Assembly: GCA_964430885.1 (NCBI GenBank)
Contig: CAYSHM010000010.1
Location: forward strand, 1-64,000
Length of the DNA stretch: 64,000 bases
DNA from: an uncultured archaeon
GTDB taxonomy: Archaea > Thermoplasmatota > Penumbrarchaeia > JASLWR01
Direction of reading: 5' to 3'
Shown here: positions 20,379 through 28,903 of the stretch, piece after piece
Position numbering within the stretch: the stretch's first letter is position 1
How the letters are laid out: every line of letters starts with the position of its first letter
Translations under genes and position numbers: made by a program
Notes under the pieces: model-generated
What the model was told of the DNA's origin: nothing
Seen by the model: the letters and a program-made list of their open reading frames with translations, nothing else
Database searches by the model: none

Positions 20379-20969
20379 ATGAAGATAGGAAGTTTATACA
20401 AACAAATCATGGTTGTACTATTCTTCTGCGGTATGGGGGGTTTGTTCGCCGGCAGTGTTCTGGAGATCATGAGTGACTTCCTTACCAGGGTACCAGGTTT
20501 AATTGTTCTTATTCCCGCGATTATAGCAATGAAAGGAAACATCTTTACCACTCTCGGGTCCCGGCTTGGAAGCGCCTCTCACATGGGTATGATATCAAAA
20601 GAGGATCTTTTCAATAAGGAACTCTATGAGAATGTTAAAGGATCATTTATACTAGCGGTTCTCATGTCCCTTATAATCGGGTTATTTGCTTCAATTAGTT
20701 CATATATTCTGCATATTGCCGGACTCGTTGAAGAACCCAATTTCTATGTCATTATTGCGGTCTCATTTTTTGCTACTTTAGTAACCAGTTTACTTTTGAT
20801 AGCTTTCACAACCCTTATTGTATATATTGCTTTCAGAAAGGGGCTGGATCCAGATAATATTACCGGACCTATCCTGGCAACCCTGGGTGATTTCATCGCC
20901 CTTCTGAACATTTTCCTTGTCACTGCGGGTATAATAAGATTGGCTGAATTCATGGGAGTGGTCATATGA
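20379..20969 (+). CDS. MgtE/SLC41-type divalent cation transporter membrane domain (copy 1)
   Basis: About 5 TMs. PAIIAMKGNI...SRLGSASHMG and GLDPDNITGPILATLGD. Confidence 0.88.
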   Translation: MKIGSLYKQIMVVLFFCGMGGLFAGSVLEIMSDFLTRVPGLIVLIPAIIAMKGNIFTTLGSRLGSASHMGMISKEDLFNKELYENVKGSFILAVLMSLIIGLFASISSYILHIAGLVEEPNFYVIIAVSFFATLVTSLLLIAFTTLIVYIAFRKGLDPDNITGPILATLGDFIALLNIFLVTAGIIRLAEFMGVVI

Positions 20970-21523
20970 GCGATACCTTTTATAAGGCAAGGAATATCAT
21001 CAGACAGAGCCTTCCCCTGCTTATAGTTCTAGTGATACTGGAGATCATTGCAGGTCAGTTTCTTAATAATGAAACGCTCCTTCTCAGCTCTGGGATTCTC
21101 ATGCTCATACCTGTCCTGAACGGTATAGGAGGAAACCTCGGATCTATTCTGGCCGCGAGACTTACCTCGGCTCTGCATATGGGAACTATTGAAGCATCCT
21201 ATAAGAACAAGGAGCTGAGAAAAAATATTCTGCTGATATTCTTACTGGGAATATCCATATTCCTTCTTATGGGAATGATCATATTCATTATCACCCCCAT
21301 GTTCGAGTTCTCATCAGAACTGCCAATCTGGAAATTGGCGGTTATCTTTCTGGGTTCAGGATTATTACTGCTCACAGTGCTGACCACCGTATGCGTGTTC
21401 AGCGTGTTCATTTCATATAAAAAGGGAATTGATCCGGATAATGTGGTGATCCCCATCGTTACTACCATAGGAGATTTCATCGGGATCATTTCGATATTCA
21501 CACTCTATATGATAATAAGATAG
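20966..21523 (+). CDS. MgtE/SLC41-type divalent cation transporter membrane domain (copy 2)
   Basis: PVLNGIGGNLGS...ARLTSALHMG and GIDPDNVVIPIVTTIGD. ATGA overlap with copy 1. Confidence 0.88.
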   Translation: MSDTFYKARNIIRQSLPLLIVLVILEIIAGQFLNNETLLLSSGILMLIPVLNGIGGNLGSILAARLTSALHMGTIEASYKNKELRKNILLIFLLGISIFLLMGMIIFIITPMFEFSSELPIWKLAVIFLGSGLLLLTVLTTVCVFSVFISYKKGIDPDNVVIPIVTTIGDFIGIISIFTLYMIIR

Positions 21524-21634
21524 TATGAAGTCGCAGGAATTGAGCGATGAATTAAAATAATTTGGAATACCAGACTATGGCATTACCTGCCAAAAAACCA
21601 TTTAGTCCTGCTCAAAAACGAGGGGGAAACCAAA

Positions 21635-22285
21635 ATGAAACGCAATCGTAGGAAAAAACGGAGCGAATTGAAGAAGATAAAATATCGTCCAGCAAGTGTT
21701 AGCGAGCTACTCACTCAGATGAAGGATGTATCTGAACATATTGTAGATCTGGCATATTCGGCACTGGTCTTTGACAGTTTGGAAATGAAAGAGGAAGTTG
21801 ACACGCTAGAGGAGAAAATGGATGAATACCTGTATCTTATCAGGATGAACTGCATGTTGGCTGCCAGATCCACCGAGGATGCCGAGCAATTGTCAGGAAT
21901 ACTGCAGGTAGCTTCCGCGGCGGAGGGAATATCCGATGCTGCCAGCGATATCGCATCAATTGTGGGAAGCAAGAGTAAATACAGATTGCTTCTTCCAATG
22001 GTGCTTAAGGACGCGGATGAATCCATCCAGAGAATTCGAATAACTTCTGATTCATGCATGGTAAGCAAGAAGATAGGAAAATTAAAGGTCGAGGAGATAA
22101 CCGGAACCCGCATCATAGCTATTAAAAGAAGGTTTGTATGGAGATATGATATAGACGGTGACGTGCGTCTTCTCGAGGATGACATTCTTTTTGTCAGAGG
22201 TGTCAAAGACGGCATAGATGAACTGAGATTGTATGCAGAGAAGGGTGCAGAATGGGACAGCTACAGAAGGGAGGTTTCTTCATGA
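21635..22285 (+). CDS. PhoU-like plus TrkA-C (RCK_C) domain protein
   Basis: MKDVSEHIVDLAYSAL helical PhoU-like N-terminus. C-terminal TGTRIIAIKR...DDILFVRG. Confidence 0.85.
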   Translation: MKRNRRKKRSELKKIKYRPASVSELLTQMKDVSEHIVDLAYSALVFDSLEMKEEVDTLEEKMDEYLYLIRMNCMLAARSTEDAEQLSGILQVASAAEGISDAASDIASIVGSKSKYRLLLPMVLKDADESIQRIRITSDSCMVSKKIGKLKVEEITGTRIIAIKRRFVWRYDIDGDVRLLEDDILFVRGVKDGIDELRLYAEKGAEWDSYRREVSS

Positions 22286-22851
22286 GCGAGACATTCCAAA
22301 CCCTTATTAAAATGAAGGACACCAGCGAACTAATGGTGGACCTGGCATATTCAGCTCTGCTTTTCAATAACCGCTCCCTTGCGGAAAAGGTTCATTCACT
22401 GGAGGATTACACGGATAAACTGTATTCAAAAATGATCGAATTGGCTCTCGACATGAAAAAGGGCAATGAACCGGAGATGGCTAAGATTCTGATAAGGCTG
22501 GCAACTGGCATAGAAGCAATCGCGGATTGTGCCAAAGAGATCGCAGATGTTGTTCTCAGAGATATTGAACCTCATCCTGTCCTTAAGAAGAGCATAAAGG
22601 AATCGGATACCGGAATATTTCTCAATAAAGTTCATTTCAAATCGATTATAGTTGATATGCCCATAGGTAAAACAGGTATTGCTCAGGAAATGGGCATATG
22701 GATTCTGGCGATTCAGCAGGAAAGCCGTTGGATAGTCGGACCGGATGAGAACTCGATCCTGAGATCGGGTGATATTCTTGTTACAAGGGGGCCTACCGGC
22801 AGTAAGAAGAAATTCGCCAAATTGACATCGGGCAAAATAAGATCATTGTGA
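22282..22851 (+). CDS. PhoU-like plus TrkA-C (RCK_C) domain protein (paralog)
   Basis: MKDTSELMVDLAYSAL...GIWILAIQ...GDILVTRG. Start set to ATG 22282 (GGAGGT SD, ATGA overlap). Confidence 0.85.
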   Translation: MSETFQTLIKMKDTSELMVDLAYSALLFNNRSLAEKVHSLEDYTDKLYSKMIELALDMKKGNEPEMAKILIRLATGIEAIADCAKEIADVVLRDIEPHPVLKKSIKESDTGIFLNKVHFKSIIVDMPIGKTGIAQEMGIWILAIQQESRWIVGPDENSILRSGDILVTRGPTGSKKKFAKLTSGKIRSL

Positions 22852-22922
22852 ATGTCAATACATTACATCCGCACGAATTAAATTTAATAAGTTCATCCCT
22901 CATTGAGAAATGGGAGGACAAT

Positions 22923-23444
22923 ATGATGGAATGGAATATGGATTCATTTGTTATCAGACCCTGGAAAAAAGGGGATGATGATTCAATAGTAAAATATGCA
23001 AATAATCTTGAAGTGGCTAAGAACCTCAAGGATAGATTCCCCCACCCCTATACTATTGATGATGCCATAAATTGGATAGAGATTGCAACTGCCGAAGCAC
23101 TGTTGGACCTTAATTGGGCCATAGTGATAGAGGGTGAAGCTGCTGGAGGGATTGGGTTGGATCCTGGAACCGATATTTATAGGTATTCGGCCGAGATAGG
23201 TTACTGGCTTGGAGAAAAATACTGGGGAAAAGGCATAATGACAAAGGCCGTTAGCCTGATTACTGATTACGGACTGAGTGAACTTGGATTACATCGGATA
23301 TTCACAAGTGTATACCAGTGGAATCCGGGGTCAATGAGGGTGCTTGAGAAAAATGGGTATACCCTTGAAGGTGTACAGAGAAAAAGCGTTTATAAAAATG
23401 GGCAAATTATTGATTCCAGCATGTACAGCAGGATCAGAGATTGA
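22923..23444 (+). CDS. RimJ/RimL-family GNAT N-acetyltransferase
   Basis: FPHPYT, AEIGYWLGEKYWGKGIMT, NPGSMRVLEKNGYTLEG. Start set to ATG 22923 after GGAGG. Confidence 0.9.
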   Translation: MMEWNMDSFVIRPWKKGDDDSIVKYANNLEVAKNLKDRFPHPYTIDDAINWIEIATAEALLDLNWAIVIEGEAAGGIGLDPGTDIYRYSAEIGYWLGEKYWGKGIMTKAVSLITDYGLSELGLHRIFTSVYQWNPGSMRVLEKNGYTLEGVQRKSVYKNGQIIDSSMYSRIRD

Positions 23445-23530
23445 TGCCTTCGATCCTGATGTGGAAGATAATAGATTTATTCCAATCCCCGATCAGCATC
23501 TACACCAGGAAATTCTTCAGTATATTCCAT

Positions 23531-26500
23531 TTATTCATTCGGGATTTTATCGGTTGTATTATTCCCCGTCTTTCTATTCTGCCACCAGTTCCGACCTCTG
23601 ACCCATAACACCAAGAAAGCCGGAAGAACAGTTACTGATGAGAGGAACGAGAACAATATGGCCAATGCCGTTATCTGCCCAAATTGTTTCAAGGGCGGGA
23701 GAAGGGCAAACATAAGAAGACCGAATCCTCCAATTGTTGTGAATGCTGCACCCATCAGCGCAAAACCCGTATTCTTTGCGGTAACTGCCAAAGCTTTCAA
23801 CACATCATCATTGTTATCAATATCCTCAATGAATCGATGGGTCATATGGATACCGTATGTGATACCTAAACCTACGGTTAATGCTGCAACTGTTATTGTC
23901 AGTACATTTAGAGGAATTCCCAACAGCTGCATTGTTCCCAATATCCACAGCATGCAGAATACAACCGGCACAGTAGCTACAGCTCCTAGAACCAGACTTC
24001 TCTTTTCAATGAAAAATACAATAGTAAGAACCACTAGAGAAACCAATATTGTAATAATAAGTGAATTTTGCTGGGAGGCACTTATTGAGTCAACTATTAC
24101 CGCCGTCAATATGGAGGTTCCAGTGACCTTCACGCTCTTTGTCTCATCCTCATCCAGATCCTTCAGGGGTTTGGATATATCCTTCAATTCATCGTAGAGA
24201 TCCCATTTCTCACTATGCTCCTTTGTAATAACAGTGAAGGACATTGAAGCCTTCGTATACTCTTTCCCCTCTCTGAATAGTACTGTTCGAGCTAAAGGAC
24301 CGTACTTATCAAGGAACATGTCAAATACATCTTTGATATCGCTATTGGAGGCAGTGTCTTTCGGAAGAGCAGTATCAACATCGAACACTTCCTGGTATCT
24401 GTTATAGAAATCTGAATCGGGGTCTATTGAACCTTCGTTTATTGCCATATCCTTTATGGAATAGAGAACAAATGATACCTTGGGGCGATTTGAACCTTCC
24501 TTTTCCTTTTTAATCAATCCTGAATCGCTATCGCCAGCTTGATCAACTATATCCATCATTCCCTCAAGAACATCTGGATCTGTGATATCACCCTCGACAA
24601 TGATTATTCCAAGATCTCCCTGACCTGAAAAACCTTCAGAGAAAAGGGCGAATTGATTCATAAGATAGTTTATATCCTTTGATTCCTGCAGGCCATCGGG
24701 AAGAAAGTCATTCACATCGAATGTTACTTCGTTCTTCCTAGCGGCATAACCCATACCACCGGTGATCAAGACTATTATTACAAGTACTAGAATAGGCTTC
24801 TTCCCCATGACAACAGATACAGAAGTGATCCGGTCTGCGAATCGTCTTATGATTCCGGAAGCCCTATTATCGGAAACCACCACTCCCTCCTTGTATTTGG
24901 CCCAGAGGTTTTTTCCCTTTTTTGCCTTGGGAAGGTCGATGATCCTCTTGATTGCTGAAAGGAAGGTTAGCATTATCACAAAGGAAGAAAATATTCCGAA
25001 AGCGGCCATTGCTCCGAACTGGGCAAGAATACCTACAGGAGAAACAATGTTTGATAGAAAGGCAAGCACGGTGGTAAAGGTCGCGAGCACAAGTGCAACT
25101 CCCACTGAAGCTATCATGGTTGTTATGGCTGGTTTTACCCTCTCACCTTTCTTTATCTCTTCCCTATACCTCATTGTCAAATGTATCCCGTAATCTATAC
25201 CTAATCCGACTATAAGAACAGGTACCGCTGTAAGCATGGGATTGGAATTGAATCCCATTAAAGAACCAAAACCGTACATCCAAATTACTGCCAGAACAAG
25301 GCCTATAATGTTTATAATTATATCCCAGAAGCTCCGATACACTGCGAATAGAATCAGAACTATAAGGAGAAAAGCAAGAGGGAGGAGAATCATCATTGAA
25401 TCCATTGATGCCTCATTAATCCTTCTGTTGAGTATCTCACCACCCAGGGAATGAATCGCCAGATCGGAATTATCATCCGCATCCTCAATCAGCTCAGTCA
25501 GGTTCATCTCAATTTCATACAGTTTATCGGGATCATCAGAAGTGAGAAAATTTAGAGTGTGATTCATGCTCATCATGATCAGACAGCCCTTTGCGGAGGG
25601 TGTGGAATCCTCTAGAACAAAATCTTCGGTTACATAGTGGATCAGGGAGAAGGAGGCCATGTTATAAGCCTGCATCACATAGCCCACAACCGACGGATTT
25701 GCTGACATGGCAGACATCTGCTTGTAATCCTCGAGACCATCTATGGTCGTATTGATATCATTCCGCAGCCCTAAGAGCATTTGTCTTGTAGAAGCATTCA
25801 TTCCAAGGGAAGAATTGACATTGTTGAAATCCTTTTTCAATATGTCCCCTATGGAAGCCGAAGCATTGTTCAGATCATCTATTACGGACATGGAGGCATA
25901 CATGAAACTCCCGGAAATGAATGTAGCATTGAAAATCGCAGGATCGGTAATATCATAGGAAAGAACCTCTGTTATCTTGTCCTTCAATACTGAATCGCTG
26001 TCCATGGAACTTACAAAATTCCTTAGCGGGTTTTCAGAACTGTTTCCTTTATTTCCCGTACCGCTATGATTACCGCTGCTGTTTCCCGATCCGCCTTCGC
26101 TCCCATTATTATCCATATATACCAGCACATCATCTATGAAAGGCTGAAAGGTATTCACAATATTGTTGATCCTGACATTCTCAGAAATATTTGTATTTGA
26201 AAGATCAATGGAGAGATTATCTGATGGTGAACCTAGATCGAAAACTGGTTCCATCATACTTGAATAGAGAGAGCCGGCCTGTTTAATACCTTCAACCTGA
26301 CCAACCACATTGGACAGGGTAAAGAGTGATTGAGGGGGAGAATCTGGATTGGCCATACCCATTGAATCAGCCTGCCATTCAATGAAAGTGTCATCCTCGG
26401 TGAGATTGTCGGAAAGATCGATGATATCCAAAAAATCCTGTTTTGTGAACAAATCACCGTCCCCATCCTTAACCAGAACCACAAAGGAATAATTCGGTGT

Positions 26501-26689
26501 GAAAACCTCCTGATAATCGGTCCAGGCTTCGGTCACCTCAAGGTCGGGCATGAAATCCTCATTATCGAACTTCTCCTCCATGGGATTCAATGTCATCTCT
26601 AATATGGCCCCTAAAGTTATCAGCAAGATGACCACTAGAACAATTACAGGATGATCAGTTATCCATTGTCCAATTCTCCTCATTATCAT
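23531..26689 (-). CDS. RND/MMPL-family transporter with enlarged first extracytoplasmic loop
   Basis: Two repeats of 1+5 TMs, with GLGIDYGIH in the first and GLGITYGIH in the second. Start set to ATG 26689 after a GGTG SD. Confidence 0.9.
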   Translation of the reverse strand: MIMRRIGQWITDHPVIVLVVILLITLGAILEMTLNPMEEKFDNEDFMPDLEVTEAWTDYQEVFTPNYSFVVLVKDGDGDLFTKQDFLDIIDLSDNLTEDDTFIEWQADSMGMANPDSPPQSLFTLSNVVGQVEGIKQAGSLYSSMMEPVFDLGSPSDNLSIDLSNTNISENVRINNIVNTFQPFIDDVLVYMDNNGSEGGSGNSSGNHSGTGNKGNSSENPLRNFVSSMDSDSVLKDKITEVLSYDITDPAIFNATFISGSFMYASMSVIDDLNNASASIGDILKKDFNNVNSSLGMNASTRQMLLGLRNDINTTIDGLEDYKQMSAMSANPSVVGYVMQAYNMASFSLIHYVTEDFVLEDSTPSAKGCLIMMSMNHTLNFLTSDDPDKLYEIEMNLTELIEDADDNSDLAIHSLGGEILNRRINEASMDSMMILLPLAFLLIVLILFAVYRSFWDIIINIIGLVLAVIWMYGFGSLMGFNSNPMLTAVPVLIVGLGIDYGIHLTMRYREEIKKGERVKPAITTMIASVGVALVLATFTTVLAFLSNIVSPVGILAQFGAMAAFGIFSSFVIMLTFLSAIKRIIDLPKAKKGKNLWAKYKEGVVVSDNRASGIIRRFADRITSVSVVMGKKPILVLVIIVLITGGMGYAARKNEVTFDVNDFLPDGLQESKDINYLMNQFALFSEGFSGQGDLGIIIVEGDITDPDVLEGMMDIVDQAGDSDSGLIKKEKEGSNRPKVSFVLYSIKDMAINEGSIDPDSDFYNRYQEVFDVDTALPKDTASNSDIKDVFDMFLDKYGPLARTVLFREGKEYTKASMSFTVITKEHSEKWDLYDELKDISKPLKDLDEDETKSVKVTGTSILTAVIVDSISASQQNSLIITILVSLVVLTIVFFIEKRSLVLGAVATVPVVFCMLWILGTMQLLGIPLNVLTITVAALTVGLGITYGIHMTHRFIEDIDNNDDVLKALAVTAKNTGFALMGAAFTTIGGFGLLMFALLPPLKQFGQITALAILFSFLSSVTVLPAFLVLWVRGRNWWQNRKTGNNTTDKIPNE

Positions 26690-26969
26690 AGAATTAACAC
26701 CCGAGGGGTTCAACGTTAAATTTTTATTTATGCATTGCTGATGAAAAAATTTACTTAAAATATAATTGTATTTTTAGAATTCAGACTTTCTAATTTGAAA
26801 GAAATTTGAAATAAACTAAGTGATCCTTGAAGTTTCAGGAATCATTCCTTTATGCCTATTTTGCAACAGCAATGGTTTGATCTGTTTTATTATATATTTT
26901 ACCATATAAAATGTGCTAGGTTTGAATAAATGGGGTGCTGTAAAAGCAGATGATAATACCCTAATTTCA

Positions 26970-28040
26970 CTAGCTAAAGACAGTTTTTACCGCTCTCACT
27001 ATCTTCTCAAGATCATCCTGTGAAAGATCCTGATGAACCGGTAATGACAAGGCCTGCAGGATCAATTTTTCTGTATTTGGTATTTCCATTACCCTGGCAT
27101 TTTCGAATGGTTTGAAAGAAGGAATAGGTTTGGGATAATATATCCCGTAACCAATCTCATTGGCCTGGAGTGAATCGATTATTTCCTGTCGGTTATCAGA
27201 TTTTATTGTGAACTGGTGGTATACATGCAGGTTCTCAGGTGCGGTATAAGGTGTCTCAACCAAGCCCCTTAGTTCTTTTATAAGGTATTCTGCATTTCTT
27301 CTTCTTCTTTCGGTCCTCCCTTCTAATAGTTTTAATTCGGCAAGCCCAATTGCCCCTCCGATATCGGTCATCCTGAAATTGAAGCCCAGCAGAAGGTGTG
27401 AATATCTAGAATCCTGACCATGGTTCCTCAATAATCTAAGTCTTTCCATAACTTCCTGTGAGTTGGTTGTGACAATCCCGCCTTCCCCTGTTGTCATGTT
27501 CTTTGTAGGATAAAAGCTGAATACTCCGGCATCTCCTATACTGCCCGCCTTTTTTCCATTATGCATCGCTCCATGGGATTGGCAGGAATCTTCAAGAACA
27601 GCTATGCCGTGCTCCTTGGCAATTCTGTTTATCTGGGTCATACCGGCACATTGTCCGTAAAGGTGAACTGGCATTATAGCTTTGGTCTTCGGTGTAATTG
27701 CCTTCTCTATGGCTTCAGGATCGATATTGAAGGTCTTGGGATCAACATCAACAAAAACCGGCCTAGCACCGGTGAAAAGTATTGAGGTACCTGAAGCTAC
27801 AAATGAAAAGGGGGTACTGATAACCTCATCTCCGGGACCCACGCCGAGTGCCAATAACCCGATATGGAGTCCAGTGGTACCGTTTGAAACCGCCACAGCA
27901 TGGTCAGTTCCGCAGAAATCTGCAAAACGTTCTTCGAATTCCTTAACATTCGGCCCCTGTACCAGATAACCAGATTCGAGAACCTTCACTACCCTTTCCA
28001 CAGCTTCATCGCTTAATTTTATGGACACATTACTGATCAT
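26970..28040 (-). CDS. DegT/DnrJ/EryC1/StrS sugar aminotransferase (WbpE-like)
   Basis: VSNGT, PVHLYGQ, EDSCQSHGA, FSFYPTKNMTTGEGG (PLP lysine), NHG, GFNFRM. Confidence 0.92.
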   Translation of the reverse strand: MISNVSIKLSDEAVERVVKVLESGYLVQGPNVKEFEERFADFCGTDHAVAVSNGTTGLHIGLLALGVGPGDEVISTPFSFVASGTSILFTGARPVFVDVDPKTFNIDPEAIEKAITPKTKAIMPVHLYGQCAGMTQINRIAKEHGIAVLEDSCQSHGAMHNGKKAGSIGDAGVFSFYPTKNMTTGEGGIVTTNSQEVMERLRLLRNHGQDSRYSHLLLGFNFRMTDIGGAIGLAELKLLEGRTERRRRNAEYLIKELRGLVETPYTAPENLHVYHQFTIKSDNRQEIIDSLQANEIGYGIYYPKPIPSFKPFENARVMEIPNTEKLILQALSLPVHQDLSQDDLEKIVRAVKTVFS

Positions 28041-28107
28041 TTTTTTACCTCACAATAAACAACTTTCATAATTGAAGATCAGAATTCTATTTTTAAAATT
28101 ATTGATT

Positions 28108-28713
28108 CTAATATATTGATTTAAATTCTCTGATTCCCACCTCAAAGTCCTTGCCGCATTCATCGCATATCATAGATCTTGGAGTTATTTTATCTTTTGG
28201 TGATGCTTTCATTCCGCATTGGCAAACAAAACCAATGATACGTGCAGGATTGCCTGCAACCAATGCATGGTCGGGAACGTCCTTGGTCACCACTGATCCG
28301 GCGCCGACGAGGGCATATTTTCCTATGGTATTGCCGCATAATATCGTACAGTTCGCACCCAGTGAAGCGCCTTCCCTTACCAGCGTGTTCTTAACCCTGG
28401 AATCATTCCAGATGCTGGCCCTTGGATAGGGATCATTGGTAAAGGTCATTGAAGGTCCCAGGAACACATCATCCTCAATAACAACTCCATGATAAATGTT
28501 CACCCTGTTCTGTACCTTCACATTATTACCGATTATCACACCAAAATCCACATACACCCCTTTACCAAAATTGCAATTCGTCCCTATCTTGACACCTTCT
28601 CTTATCTGACAGTAATGCCATATTTTGGTTCCTTCCCCTATATCCGCACCCTCCGAGACCTCGCTGGTATCATGTATGAAAACCTTTTCCTTGCTCATGA
28701 TTTCAGTGAACAT
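28108..28713 (-). CDS. Hexapeptide-repeat sugar N-acetyltransferase (WbpD/WlbB-like)
   Basis: IGEGTKIWH, VKVQN, FLGPSMTFTNDPYPR, GAGSVVTKDV, GNPAR. C-terminal CxC...CxxC. Confidence 0.9.
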   Translation of the reverse strand: MFTEIMSKEKVFIHDTSEVSEGADIGEGTKIWHYCQIREGVKIGTNCNFGKGVYVDFGVIIGNNVKVQNRVNIYHGVVIEDDVFLGPSMTFTNDPYPRASIWNDSRVKNTLVREGASLGANCTILCGNTIGKYALVGAGSVVTKDVPDHALVAGNPARIIGFVCQCGMKASPKDKITPRSMICDECGKDFEVGIREFKSIY

Positions 28714-28903
28714 CAGGATTGCATTTTACCTTTACGGTGGTATTGGGAATGAGTTAATAAAAAATAATATAAAACCTGCCTATAGCTCATTAAATAGCGG
28801 TTTTCATGGTGCATTATGGTTATTCTCAACAGCCCAATAAGCAATTTCATATGGAAATAATGATAGTTAAATCAACTTCATCAAAGCCTTGGGCGGAATT
28901 CCC

